A stretch of DNA of 64,000 nt from Tubiluchus corallicola (taxonomy: Eukaryota; Animalia; Priapulida): assembly GCA_030141605.1 (NCBI GenBank), contig JAQGDQ010000304.1:124001-188000 (forward strand), written 5' to 3'. A model generated the notes under the pieces. The model ran no database searches. It was not told where the DNA came from and saw only the letters and a program-made list of their open reading frames with translations. The translations under genes and the position numbers were made by a program. Shown one piece after another: positions 13,691-27,559 of the stretch. The stretch's first letter is position 1. The number at the start of each line of letters is the position of its first letter.

Positions 13691-16600
13691 ATGAATGCTG
13701 TTAATCTTAAAAATCAGGGAAATCGTCTGTTTTGTGCCAGAAAGTTTGATGAAGCAGCTTCCTGTTATAGTAAAGCTATTGTACGTGACAATGTCATAGG
13801 CGTGCTTGACTTCTTTGTAGCGTAAATGATTCATAACAATTGAGGAAGTCGGTTAAATGTTTGTGAACGTATCGTATGTTGTCGTGTTGTTGTACTGTTC
13901 AGTTTGTTCTTGCTGCGTAGGTGGTGGAACTTTCGCACTTGGTAGTCGTTCCAGGGCACATCCTTATCATTGCCCAGTAGGTGCCGCTTCGCGGTATACT
14001 GTAGCACCATGTACCGCCTGGCTGTGTATAACCTTACTATTACTAATACTAATAGTACTATAATAGTAATACTATTTTACTAATACTATGTATTAATTGT
14101 GCTGAAGTACACAGGGCTGCAGCACACGATAAAGCGGAATGCAGGATGTGGTATATGGTGAGGCGGTACACTACGTGGCATGTTCGCGCATTGTGGACGT
14201 TCCCGTGTACCTCCTCATTGTGTTCCGTAGTGCCATGTGATACCTCACTGTGTTACCAGTCAGTCTTTTTCCATATGCCGTTGCCTGTTTGTACTATAGA
14301 CCTGTCAACTCTCACGCATTAGGCGTGTTTCACACTGGTCTGCCCACAAGGTGAAGGAGTATCTGGCGCTGTGGTACATGGGGATTTTGGCAAGTACGAG
14401 CATCCCACATAGTGTTTTCAGGCTCCCCCACAAAGTCTGACATTTATCACATGCATTTTAAGTCTTTAATACATGCACATACATCAAATTTCAGTTCTTG
14501 CACATCCCTTCAGCATCACACACATATCTGCAAATGACTTGACTTTGCCATCAGTACCAACCTCACCACAATTATTTACTATTTTCAATAATGTAGAAGT
14601 GTTCATGAGTTTCACGATGTATATTATACGTCAGGATTGCCCACATTTATCTCTCACAAAATAAGATTATTTATGACTTATTAAAGTGATTACTTGTCCT
14701 CTCCAGAGTTTCTGGTGTTACTTAATATTGCTCACAAGGTGTGCAGTTAGTCCGTCACTGCAGTGTCAGTGCACACTTATTAAAAATTTATTTCTTGGTT
14801 TATACACAGTGACTTCAAAATGATAATTGTGGGCTCATTTCATCACAGATGAGCCTAATGCTAAAAAGTGGATTGATGGATTGTATTCTGATAACTTGTA
14901 TTTACCCCTAAGTTTATTGATAAAGAAGTTAAAGAGGTGAAATTTGTTCAACATTTACTCATTTTTGTTTTCACTGTAAACTGCCTTTTAAACAAGTTTC
15001 CTATTCCACTGTGGTACATTACTTATTTATTCTCAGTTCTAAATTATGGTAATCAAAATAATTAGTAGAACTTTGATTTACTATTTAACTTGTCTTGCGA
15101 TAGACATGTGTCTATAATAAGAATGAAACACAAATTTGTTTTTAGTCTAAGAGTCATAATTCATATTTACTTGCAGGCTGAAAATCCCAATGTGGCTACA
15201 TTTTACACTAATCGGTCATTGTGTTATTTGAAACTTCGGAAATGGGATCCAGCAGCGCAGGACTGCAAAAAAGCATTACAGCTGGATAGTACTTTAGTAA
15301 AGGGGCATTTTTTTAATGGACAGGCTTTGCTAGAGATGCAGTATTATGACGAAGCCATTATCAGCTTACAACGGGGTAAATTTCCCCTTCTTCACTTAAT
15401 TATGTCTGTTTAATTTAAATGTCTTTTTAAATCTTAATTTTTTGGTAGTTTGCTAGAGTTGACTCATTAATTCATTTTAATTTTTGTTAATATTATTATT
15501 ATTATTATTATTCATAAAATTATAAGCAATATAATGATAATCATGTAAGAAAATTTATATGTAACAGTAAACATGTAGATTTGTTGATGGGTATTACTTG
15601 ATACTTACTGTAAAATTTTCCAAGCTTTGCTTACTTTTTTCTTAGCAAACGATTTAGCTAAAGAGCAGAAATTGAATTTTGGTGATGATATTACTTGTGC
15701 AATCCGCATTGCAAAGAAACGGCGATGGAAAGCGTTGGAAGAGAAACGTATCCGACAAGAAATAGAACTTCAAGAGTACCTTAATGGGCTAATTAGGGAT
15801 GATTACCAAAGGTATACACTTTTAATGGAAATCAGTTATGCTTATAATTTTGTGAAGTATTAAAAAGGTTCAAGTTGTATTACATGCATATTATCATTTT
15901 CTAAGTAGGATAAAATAACAAAATGTTATCAATAAGTATGAAGTTGGTGTAGGATTGAACTTCATATTTTACTTTGCATTAAGCCCAGTTTTTAATAGAT
16001 TATTCAAAATAGCCCTTAGCTTGGTCTCATAGATTATACAAGATATCACTGTCCTTGTCATCTTAATGTTTTACTCTGTTAGTTTTACATTTTTGTTCTC
16101 AGCAAAACAGGATAAAAAATTTAAAAAAATATATAACTTTCATTGGAGTGCTTGAAAACCCTTTTTATATTTCATGACAGAATTGGTAAGAATAGGGAAA
16201 GTGCTTGTTCCACTAGTTCTGAACATATTAATATAAAAATTGCACTCTTTTTGGCAGAAAGGCAAAACCATAAACAATAAGCGTACAATCTATTTCCAAA
16301 GTGACGTCCTCAGTAACATTGGCTGTGATGTTGTTTCAACACGTCTGCTTTTCAGTCAGAGAAGTGATAGGAATATGTATTGTAGTGCATTTGAAGATAA
16401 TAATTCTTTTTTTTAAAAAATTGTTGCAATAAACTGTTGGTAGACAGACATGATCAGGACTGTAATGTCTACAACTATGTAGATTTTTAAATCACTATTT
16501 TTCTTTCAGGCCTATAGCATAGCAGTACATCTTTACAGCATATATGAAACAATGCCTTCCATAGCAAACAATGTAAAGCAATCACTTTTATTTCCCAGCA

Positions 16601-19600
16601 AAAATCAATACTGGCTGATGTACATAAAAGCAATTAGTGATTTGTATTGCAGGATAAAAATTACCAATGCCTGGCTACTTACTTGCTTTCAGTTGTGTTG
16701 CGGGACAGAAATTAACAATGCTTGATTCATTCCAAACACTTTATGGCATTTATGCTTGACAATTTCTGACGAAAGAAAACTAAAGTTTATAGCAAAAATT
16801 CAAATTTGAAACACAGTTTTTTCTTTCTTTCATACATGTATTTCCCCTGATTGCTCCCCTTGTACCATCTCTTCCTCTTTTTCTGTACTTGTTTTTTTAG
16901 AAAAAAATTCTAGCATTGGTTGGGTAAACTATTTCTTTTTTTTCTGCTACAGCTTCTTGTAGCACTATAAAGCATTAGCAATATTACGTCTTACATCTGA
17001 ACTGCACTTTCTATTTATGTTGTTGTCACAAAAAAATTTTGTCCACCATCAATATTTATAACAACTTCATGCAGCTAGCCATGTTTGTTTAACATGTTTC
17101 TCCATTTAACATTCTGAGAAATATTTCTAGTGTTGCTTTTCCGACATCTTAAAGGCAAATAAGATGAATGCAGTAATAATTAACCCAGCAATGTAATATG
17201 AAAGGATTTTATCAGAGGTGTTACATCTCTTTGTGGGAAAGTGCCAGTCATTAGGGAGCGGCCAACAACAAATTATCGCTGCCTGCGTCTGACTGCTTAG
17301 TAGGACAAATTATTATAGTGATGTCTGTTAATATTGGTTTCTTTATAAAGCACGAATGCAGTAAACAAAATTTGATTGCTTAAGGGCCAAAAAATGTTTG
17401 TTAAAATGAAAAATGCGTCGTTAAGTGAGTAAAGGTGTAAAAAGATCAGCGTCATTAAAATGAAACATCGTTAAATGAAATATTGCTAAGGGAGATCTTG
17501 CTATACTGCGAGAATTAGTGATAAAGTACCTGCATTTTTTGCAGACCACAGAGTCAAAGAAAAGTTATTTTTAGGTATCTTGATTTGCATGATCTAAATA
17601 CTGAGGAATTTTGCCACTTCGTACATTTTCATCAATTTCAATGACAGACAATCCTATTCAATCTATGGCTTCATTTGATGGTATTTCATTTAATACATCA
17701 TCACATTTTGGTAAGATGTAGTGCATCATTAACTGAGGACATTCTACATTTTTACACAGTATTAAAGAACTTCTCAGTAGACATTTTAAATTATAGTATG
17801 CTTCAGATTGGCAGTCATCACTTCTTGATTTTCTTACTTTTTCAGACAAAAAGAGAAATTGTACGAGGATTCTGAAAAAATGGAGACTAACGAATTGCAT
17901 TTAGAGATGCAGCTTGTATGTTGACATTCTTAAATTTTCTTTATTTAAAAATTCTTGTTGATCTTGTTTATTCCTAGTATTAAATTTATAATTTCGTTAT
18001 AACTATCTTAGGGGACAAAAAAAAATATTACTTAAATAAAGCTGAAAAAATTGTCCTGAAATATGTTTTTATTGCCTGTATGCTGTCTTATTGTGCATAA
18101 AACTTGTATTAGTAATAGCACTGTATGAAACTTGAAAATTAAACTCCCACGATCACATTTTGATGATAGGTAGTTTAAAACAAGTTTAAAGAACATTACC
18201 TAAAGTTCAAAAAACTAATCAGGGCATTCACAGCACACAATTTACTTACTAAGCAAAAATAAATTATATCTGGTCAAAGTGATTAATAATGTTTTCTGGT
18301 GAGTCGGTGACTTTTTTGGTGCACAGTAGAATAATGGGTCCAGTGACATTTTAGCAATTGGTATGAACATTGGAAGTTACTAAAGATTTTGTCTTCCAGT
18401 TAAATGTGTCTTTCAAACTGGTAAGTGTAAAGCTAAGTAATATAACTTTATATGGAAAGTTTTTTGGGAAATACTTTAAAATTCCCTTTTCCGTCCCTTT
18501 GAAGCTTTGCATATAATTTGCTAATTTTTCATTTATTTGGCTATTTTAAATCAATACGGCTGAGCAATAGTAGAAGCTGTCAAGGGTAGCCTAACTAATT
18601 CATAACTAATACTGTTGTCAAGCAATTAAATGTTTTGTGTTTTTTTAGGATAAGCGATTGGAACAAGTAAACGATTTATTTGCACAGGTTGATGAACGAC
18701 GAAGGGTCAGTACTTTATGATTGCCAAACTACATTTGATCACTTTCCAAATGTGTGTACAGAAATGAATTTTCATTATGCTCATTTTGAAAGAGAAGCAA
18801 GTTTACACTGATTAATACTAAAACTAACTTACAACTACGTAATATAAGATAACTAAGTAACAACCTAATAACTGTGTTACGTAGCCCTACTATTTATATG
18901 TTCCAAAATTCCTATTATTGAACTGTGCCAAAAGGGCTACCTCATGCTTAAAATTATAAACAAATGAGTCTTTGACATGAATTTTGACACTGCAATTTTT
19001 TGTGTTAATACTCATTTCGAATATGTGTCTTTTGTAGAAACGGGACGTGCCAGACTACCTTTGTGGCAAAATCAGCTTTGAGCTGCTAAAAGATCCTGTG
19101 ATAACTCCAAGTGGCATTACATATGACAGGAAGGACATTGAAGAACATCTGCAGGTAAAGATATATTAATGGCAATAAGCACACCTATAAACAGCTGAAA
19201 TAGTTGATCAGCACTTAAAATTCACAGAAAGCCCCATTTCTTTTAATAATGTGCTCTTGTTATAACAATTCACAATGATTAATTTTGCAGAAATATAATA
19301 AAATTACCCTATTTACTACAAATTTGTTAAATGTTTTTCTGCAAGGAACTTAACAAATTGAAATAAAATCACAAAGTAGTATAGTAAGTCTCGTAATGCA
19401 CACTTATGCTCGTAGAGTTTAAACAGTAAGCGATCCTATTATAGTACTGTATTTACTATTATAATTTTTAATGATTAAAACTCGATCTCATATTTATATT
19501 TCTTACACATTGCTGCTTGTTATGAATAACTTACTTGTGCTGCGACCTTTTCTCATACTTATTGTTTACCACTTATATGTAGTTCTTATACTTGATTTGA

Positions 19601-19787
19601 AAATAATCAAGGGCATCAGTTTTAGGCATTATTTTATGTCAATCTGTGAATGTATTTTTAGCGTGTTGGTCACTTTGATCCTGTAACAAGAGCAGATCTT
19701 AGGCAGGACCAGCTCATTCCAAATCTTGCAATGAAAGAAGTACTGGACCATTTTGTTTCTGAGAATGGTTGGGTGGAAGATTACTGA
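13691..19787 (+). CDS. STUB1: E3 ubiquitin ligase / co-chaperone CHIP (TPR + U-box), 7 coding exons, about 274 aa
   Basis: Exons 13691-13780, 15177-15375, 15646-15811, 17846-17915, 18649-18705, 19038-19154, 19662-19787, all GT-AG and in phase (825 nt). TPR: [27 protein letters not shown]-box: [46 protein letters not shown]...ENGWVEDY*. Confidence 0.96.
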
Positions 19788-20742
19788 AGCATGGTAAACT
19801 ATATTAAATTGTAAATATTGTAAATTACATGGGTGATATAAAACATTCAAATATATTTGGAACAGTAGAATTTGTTTATTAACAGAATTTATTAAATTAA
19901 TAAATATTTCATGTTCTTTGTCTCTTCTAAACTCTATTAATGTTGAATAATTGAATAATTTTTATGTTCTGTTGTGTGAAGACAAAGATTATTATTTGAA
20001 AATGTTGTAAAAGTACTTATTTATCTATATTTAATAGTATAAAACATAGTCGTGACCGTTATTCACAGATTGTGCTTTGCTGTTTCACTTATTCATGTTT
20101 TCTATCATATTTTCCATCATTTGTTGCCGTCTTTCACTTAGCTTCATGAAGGGAGTACTTCATTCTTTATTCTTTACAGTTTCTAACAGTAGATAAAATT
20201 ATTTGTATTATAAATGTTTACTAAGTTCTAAAGTGAAAACACATGCAAAGTTTTCATTAGTTTATTATTCATCTTAGTAACATTTTTTAACTTATTCAAA
20301 TGTTCAGCAATAAGCAATTTGATATTAAAGCTGCATGTGCTTCTTGATTGTAGTTTAAAATGCAAATGTTTTTTTGGCAAGAAATGTCACTTATTCATTA
20401 GCAACAATGTGTTCTTGAACTTTGAAATGTTAACAATTTACCAATTTTAATTTTGTCAGCAGAATGTTGAAGGGCAAGCACCAATGGTCAATAAAAATGT
20501 CAACTAAATAATCCCTTGTGTGTTTTGCTATGGGAATTTCAATGTTTTAATTAATAAAGTTTGGCAAAAGGAATTTTAAAAATCTAGATTCAGTAAATAA
20601 AGTGACACAGGGAAATTGCGTAAGTGATATACAGCTTATATACAAATAATGTTGAAACATAAAATCAGTGTTCAGTAAGCTGAAATTACATACCTTCGAT
20701 ATAACACCTTAAGTTCGGTAACACTATATTTTCTGATTTTAT

Positions 20743-22203
20743 TCAGCGAATTTTGCACTTTTTTGCAGGAGATTCTGAATATTTCTCCTCGTGAATATCT
20801 GTAGTGTTTTGTTCACAGTCCTTATGTTCACAATTTTTCTTTCTACTAGTTTTTGTTACACTATCGCTTGCAAACAACAGTGATTCTGACAGCTGGAACG
20901 AGACACAAAACATGTCTTTGTTTGGTGCAACTTTCCTAACAAAGTGAATACTAAGACCTGTAAAGGCATAACCTTTCAGAGATTTAGTGACTAACTGCTC
21001 AATTTCATTTTCTGGTGAATGAGCATCTTTGAGAAATATGTAGCAGTATACAAAAGGCAACTCTTTACCATTTAAAATATTTGCCACTTCTGCTACATCA
21101 AGGTCATCAAGGTCATGAAGTAAACCTACAAAAGCATCTAAAAATGTTATTGCTGTTGCTGGTAAATTCATGACAATGTGAAAGTGACCATTGAAAGTTG
21201 TATCTCTCAGATGCTCTAACATGTGAGTTTTAATCACACTTCTAATAAAATTCCTGCCATCTAAATTAAATGCACTTAATGTTTTTACTTTATTCAGATG
21301 AGCATTTTCTACCAACCATTTGTATGCTTCAACATTTAGATCATTAGCCATGACAGTCACTCCTTTCTTAGCAGCAGGTACAGCAAAAGGACCAATTCCA
21401 GCAAAAACATCATACAGCACATCACCGGTTTTCAATAAGCTGGTAACTCGTTGGTGTTCCGTATCAAGCCGGGGGTTCCAGTACACCTTGGAAAAATCCA
21501 TTTTGTAGCTGCAACCATGTTCTTTAACTGTAGTGATGAAATCCTCTTCGCCAGCAATTACTTCCATACAAAAGTTTCTATAAGTGTTGTCGATGTTTGT
21601 TGTCTTATTCACCACAGTTCTTACTCCTAAGTGTTTATCAAGTAACACTTGACCTATTAGGCTTTTGTAATCTGCTAGATGTTCTTTGAGGTTCAGGTGC
21701 AGAATATGACCAACACGACTGTACCCTGACACTATATTAGCATCTGTAGGAAGTACAGCTTTAAATATTTTGTCAAATGTCCAGTTGTCATACCCTAGTT
21801 CTAGATGACGGCTACCAAAGCCACTTGCATTTATTTTACATTTGTCTATTAGCTGAATTGAAATGTTTTCTGGAAGATTATCTAAACTTTTATACCAAGG
21901 CTTGAGTAGGATCTTTTTTATGTGGTGATCTTCACAGGTAATTACAGGTGCTACATTTGGAATATGCAGATAAAATGGTTTCAGGATTTTCAGTGCTTGT
22001 TTCAGTAAACTTACATTCACATCTAGCGTAGGTATGTCATAATCTCGACAAAACGTGTTTCTGTCAAGAATCTTCATTCCTCGCACACATTCTGGTGGCG
22101 ATAATTCTTCCATTGCTTGCATGTGGCAGTTTCTTGGCACTGTAAGCAGCAAAATGTGTCTAATAGTTGGTGGTCTGAAACCTGAACGATACAAAGCACT
22201 CAT
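20743..22203 (-). CDS. TRMT5: tRNA (guanine-37-N1)-methyltransferase Trm5, 486 aa, uninterrupted ORF
   Basis: Met-10/Trm5 motifs GHILHLNL, TVVNK, IDNTYRNF, DFSKVYWNPRL.TEH, DVFAGIGPFAVPA, ANDLN, HIVMNLPA.A..FLDAF, VRKVAPNKDMFC. An in-frame TGA lies just upstream of the ATG; a probable 5'UTR acceptor lies at 22313-22314. Confidence 0.96.
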   Translation of the reverse strand: MSALYRSGFRPPTIRHILLLTVPRNCHMQAMEELSPPECVRGMKILDRNTFCRDYDIPTLDVNVSLLKQALKILKPFYLHIPNVAPVITCEDHHIKKILLKPWYKSLDNLPENISIQLIDKCKINASGFGSRHLELGYDNWTFDKIFKAVLPTDANIVSGYSRVGHILHLNLKEHLADYKSLIGQVLLDKHLGVRTVVNKTTNIDNTYRNFCMEVIAGEEDFITTVKEHGCSYKMDFSKVYWNPRLDTEHQRVTSLLKTGDVLYDVFAGIGPFAVPAAKKGVTVMANDLNVEAYKWLVENAHLNKVKTLSAFNLDGRNFIRSVIKTHMLEHLRDTTFNGHFHIVMNLPATAITFLDAFVGLLHDLDDLDVAEVANILNGKELPFVYCYIFLKDAHSPENEIEQLVTKSLKGYAFTGLSIHFVRKVAPNKDMFCVSFQLSESLLFASDSVTKTSRKKNCEHKDCEQNTTDIHEEKYSESPAKKCKIR

Positions 22204-22894
22204 TCAGAACTATAGAAAGTTATCAACTAAATGAATCTACAACTGAATGTCTTGCATAAACAGGACGCATTTCTTTGATATTATCTATGTAAACCAGTTT
22301 TTTTGCACCAACCTAAAAACAAAAAACATTTGATGACATCGTTAAGCTAAATTTAACAATTGCACTAGTTTAGCTAAAAATTAGCAATTACTATTCATCA
22401 CATAATAAATGTTCAATTCGTTAATAAACAAGAGAGCTATAAACCCATTGTTCCAGATAAAATTTAAGTGAAAAGGATATTTGCCCTTAAAAGCTTTTCC
22501 AGTGCAAACATAAAAACTATTGGAGAAGCTTTTTACCTCCATAATTTTTTTTCTCAATGTCGATTTACTTTCTAGATTTTTAGTTGATGCTGATTAGATT
22601 ATTATGAATTTTTCGATGTTAGTACAAATACAGACTAGTGAATGATTTTGATTGGTGACAGCTTTTTGTGTCGCATTTACAAATAAAAATGTTTTCCGAA
22701 ATAATTAACAATATGTACATAATTAAGGCTGTATTTGATATTAATAGTTTCCATGAAATAGAAACTTGTCACCTTTTGATGCATGACCTATGGCTTAATC
22801 AAACTGGAGTAAACACACCACTCAATTTGTGTCATCGAGACCTTTCATTTGATACACTACAACTCGCTGTTGCTTGACGTTGGAAACATTCGTT

Positions 22895-24121
22895 GGCACT
22901 CTATTAAAATCCAGGTCCCGCTCGATTTTCGCCGAGCGATCACCTATTTCGAGATATGATTACGAAAGGATGGTTGACAAGTCCGAGTTTCACTTGTGGC
23001 GGAATAAGTTAATGAAATATAACTAATAGAATATAAAAGTCCAATAGGTTTACGATTTCTATAAAAAACAAAAAATTGATATTTTACCCAATGTTTGATG
23101 CATTTGATTGAGCAAAATGTAGTTTAATCTGAATAAGTAATTAAATTATTACAAGCAGTGGAAAGTATTTTTCATTTGAGAAGTTTGTAATTTTTCATGA
23201 TAATTATTATTGTTAATATTGTAGTCATCTTCATTATCAGCCGATTATTATTAATAACTAAGCACGTCATTTCCGCAGTCGTCATGATAATAAACGTTTT
23301 ATTTATGTATCTTTCAACTGTTCATACCTAATTTTCAATGTTATGCTCCCCAGACGATTTTTTAGCCTCGCCCATTGTCTGGCACAGCGGGTTGTTTTTT
23401 AGTCGAGGGGTAGACTGAAAATTTATGTAACAAGTAAATTTACATTGATGGAGGTGATGGAAAAAACGTTAAACGTTAAAATGCAAATTTTTCCAGTTAA
23501 ATTTTAGCTAAGGATGGGCTGGATGCAAATTAATAATTATTTAGCAAGTTAATTTAGGTCAACAAAGACTACGGGAAAATGTATAAGCTTTTGAGTGGAT
23601 GCTATAATATTTTTATTTTGCTTCTCAGTCGAGTGGTGAAAACACTTAATCCTTTGTTGAAACAAACAGTAGCCTATCTCACAGGGCTAGTTCTTAAGTG
23701 TGCTTGGTCCTAATAGGACCAACAAATGTTTCCGAAAGAAAATTCTGCTTTGCTATAACTTATAATAATATAAAAACTACTGAAAAAAGTCATATAAGCC
23801 AACAATTTATTTATTCAGTCACATGAACTAACGTTTCGACTGAGTTAAGTTATGTCCAGCATTTTTACTATTTCAGCCTTATCTCAATTATTAAATAAAT
23901 AATGTGTATTTTCACAGAATTCTATACACAGACGTACTGGGCATAGAAACGCTGACGGTCTGCAAGCAATTGTGAGACCAACGCAGATCGTCATATTGCG
24001 CTAAGTAATGATATCGAATAGTAATAGTAATAGTAGCTTATAATAGTCCTAATAATAGGAATAGGACAATAGGTTATCGCTCGGCGAAAATCGACCGGGA
24101 CCTGGATTCTAATAGAGTCCC
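22895..24121. mobile_element. Non-autonomous DNA transposon, about 1.2 kb, with 51-bp TIRs
   Basis: 22898-22948 and 24068-24118 are inverted repeats matching at 48/51 positions. No internal coding capacity seen; the target duplication is unclear (gtt/att). Confidence 0.85.
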
Positions 24122-26329
24122 ATTTGGAATATTCTCCTAAGTATTTTCCAGCATAAACAACTCTGTGACATCATTTTCCTCAAACTCTAAAATTTTCTCA
24201 GTACCATCACACTCAACCTCCGACATTATAAGATGGTTCTTTCTATTTTCATTGTCAAATTTCACCGCCTCCTGTTTCTTTGTATTAGCCATTTCAGTAA
24301 GCTCAGAATATTCTAAGGCATTTAACAATGAAGCTTCATAAATGAAATCACATTTCTATCCAATTTTATTTTATTGAATTAATCACTTGCAATTCTTCTT
24401 AGACGCATCTGCGCTTATGGGGGGCGCCATGTTACAACAAAAAACAACAGCTGTTACTGTACTAGTCTAGTGTTGCCACTTCAAGGCCTTGTCGCTAAAT
24501 TAGACGTTTTTATTTGGGCTTTTATACCTTCCGGAATTTCCAGTAATTGTTGCATTTACTGTTTAGTGCCGGCATTGCTCAAGTCTTCTTAGTTGTACAT
24601 GCCCATCAGTCATACAAACACATAAAAATAATGATTATCATAACGCACTGATTAAACACAGATACTTACCTGTGGAATTTCTTACTGCAAATTGTTTCCA
24701 TGTTAACTGCAACCTCATCTATCTTAAGGAGAATGTTAACATTGATGAATTAGTTATACAAAATAATTCTGTTTGTATGGACAATTTGGACATGTGTTCG
24801 TATTTATCCATGCAGTATACCTCGCACTGTGCTGTCCTAGATATTGTTGGGACAATTTATATATAAAAAGGAATTAATAAAGTTTTGATAATAACAGTGT
24901 TATAAATTTGCAAAACACTAAAATTATATTATAGGTCTTTATTTTTAGTTAGGTTTAGCCACTCATAAAAACTTCAAAAATGCCTTTTCAGTCTGAAGAG
25001 TGAAAATCAAAATACCGAAAGAGCAATTAAAATTTCTCCTGAGACTAAATAACAGCATTAAATGGTGTACTTATCGTTTAGATTTAGGTCACGGTCTTAT
25101 TTAAATTGTATCATGTAAATTGCTGTAATTTTTTTCAAAACTTATCTTGTACATAGTGGCACATTTGTAATATTATAATATCATATTTAATGTTCCCTTT
25201 TACTCTGAATTAGCGCTCTTTTATCTGAATATTAATATGAAGGCCCTCACATTGTTTTTATCATGCTCATTAACACTATATAATTGTTAGTACTGTTAAA
25301 TGTTTTTAACTTGATAACCCATTGTGAATATGTATTTTTATTATGTATCGCTGTTGTACAACAAAATGTTTATTATTATTATATTATCTTGGCTGGTTTT
25401 ATTCATATTCGATAACGTACGTATTATTTTCTGGTCAAGATCTAGTCCGTTAGCATGCAACATCGCATGACTTAAGCAAACTGCAGTAGCAAATTGGTAT
25501 AACTTAAGATTACAAGGTTTATGGAATTGAATTAGCGAAAAAGATATGTGAATTAAAACGTTAATATTCAAATTACGTTTAGCGACACTAGTGATGAATT
25601 TAGGGACTTTATTTAGCCCAGAGAGCTTCATTGACCAGTCTATCATCGCATAGAAATGAGCATATAGGTGATATTTAATCCCTAAACGTCGTATTTTACA
25701 CGAAATGGAGTACGTACGTAAATTCATAAGGTGAGATTTTGAATTGTTTGCGCCAAAAAATTTACCCAATTTCTATACATTTTTTTTATTAAGTCATATG
25801 ATTTGTCCTATGGTGTGGTGAGTGTTATGTGGTGGAGTAATGTGGTGTGGCATCGTGTGGTCTGGTTAGTAAGGTGTGGGTGGTGTAGTGTAGGTGCACG
25901 GAGGATGTCAGAACTTTGTTGTTGGGGGCCTTTACAAGCAAATTGTGTGTAGTTTGGCTAGTAATTTATTATTGATCAATGATTATAACTCCTAGCTAGC
26001 TTCATACAAAAAGTTTTTGACAATATGATAAACAGACATGACAATTAAGTCTATAGTTTTTGCCCACATTTTTGCGGATTGATGAATATGCTCCTTTCTG
26101 CGCAGATTTTAAAAATTTCACACAAATTCACAGATTTGTGGATATGTGTGTAACATATTGTGCATGACGGATTTTGCAGTTGCGGATTTGCGGATAAACC
26201 AGAATGTTTTGACCCGTTACAGCGCTGCATTTAATTTTATTGAAATTCCTATTTAATTCTCGTGATACTTTTATTGTTTATAAACTAAATTGTGTGAATC
26301 AAAGGCAAAAATCAATACATCGATCGGAT

Positions 26330-27450
26330 TTACAAATAGGCCCAATGTTATGTGACATAGCAATGAATAACATCATTATAATAACAAATCATCCAGTTAC
26401 TATGTTACAGGACCTGATTTAGTGATTGGCGCCCTACCTCCTTTATGTTGATGACGTATTGCCTGTGGATAGTGCAAAAACTGTAGACAATTCCTGAGAA
26501 ATGAAAAATAAAAAAACGATGACTTTCAATTTTAAAAAAGACAAAGTATATGATAAGTAAAGCAAATAGCAAAAATTAGACATTGAATGTAAAAACAGTC
26601 AAATTAAGCATACCGATGAATATAAATATCTGGGAGATTGGTTCAGTAGTAAAAACAGTTATACATCTTATGTTCAAAAGCGAAAAGAGTGAAATTTACG
26701 ATTTCAGAAGTTCTGGTTATTGGAAGTAAAGCAAAAGTTAGTATTATCACTGTCGCTGGTGTGCGGTACAATGTTATTTGAAATTACACTATTATAATTA
26801 TTTTATCATTTATAATCAATAATGGAGAGACTTGCAGTTGCACCAGTCTCACCAAAACGGAAATGGGTGAATTCGACGACATACAGAGAGAAACATTATC
26901 GAAAATTTTATGGCCTATGGTATATAGGTTAGATTGCAAAAAAATTGATATATTACTACCTGCTAATAAACTCCAGCAATGAAAGATTAGCTAAACAAGC
27001 TAAACAAGTCCTAGAGGTAATAACTTTAAAAATTATTGATACCATAAAATACATAATTATGCTAAAATGCATGATACATTATGCTGACATATAATGTTGA
27101 CAGAAATTTGGGCACAATAAATTCAATCATTAAGTCTAGCTATATAGGTGAAATAAGTCTATTAAAAATAAAATCAATTCGGAAAGTATGACAAAATTAA
27201 GTTTCCTAAAAAATAAAGTTTTCAAAAGGCTTAAAAATGACCTTTCAATGACCTTTAACATTGCTGTGTTAAAGCGAGTTTTAAAAACTTATATAAGAAT
27301 GACCTTAAGTGTTCGTTATGCTACAGGGAAGAGGATACTACGGAGGAACACCTTTTTGATCGTCAAGCAATATGTGCCTATAAATAGGGCGTATCAGTGC
27401 AGGACATAAAGAGTTCAAACATAAATAAACTAAAAAAGTTAGAATATGTG
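26330..27450 (+). mobile_element. Heavily decayed LINE reverse-transcriptase fragment
   Basis: Motifs in the expected order across frameshifts: GPMLC (about 26340), LYVDDV (26441-26458), FN..KTKYM (about 26524-26552), EYKYLGDW (26618-26641). The 3' boundary is approximate. Confidence 0.65.
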
Positions 27451-27559
27451 TCAATGAAGTACTACAATTAAAATTGTAATCAAAGACGAGGAAACAGTAA
27501 AAAAGTCACGCCAAAGTGAATGATCTATATAGTGCGATTTACAAGTAAAGTAAATTTGT

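Noticed and set aside
950-19787. Functional clustering of CHIP with myosin (CHIP regulates the myosin chaperone UNC-45), and of RNA-processing genes TRMT5/LUC7/PTCD1
   Set aside because: Housekeeping genes are commonly adjacent, orientations are mixed, and the sequence shows no evidence of co-regulation.
24137-24328. 63-aa acidic ORF upstream of TRMT5
   Set aside because: No ATG at the called start, no recognisable motif and no clean splice frame; probably a decayed transposon fragment or chance.
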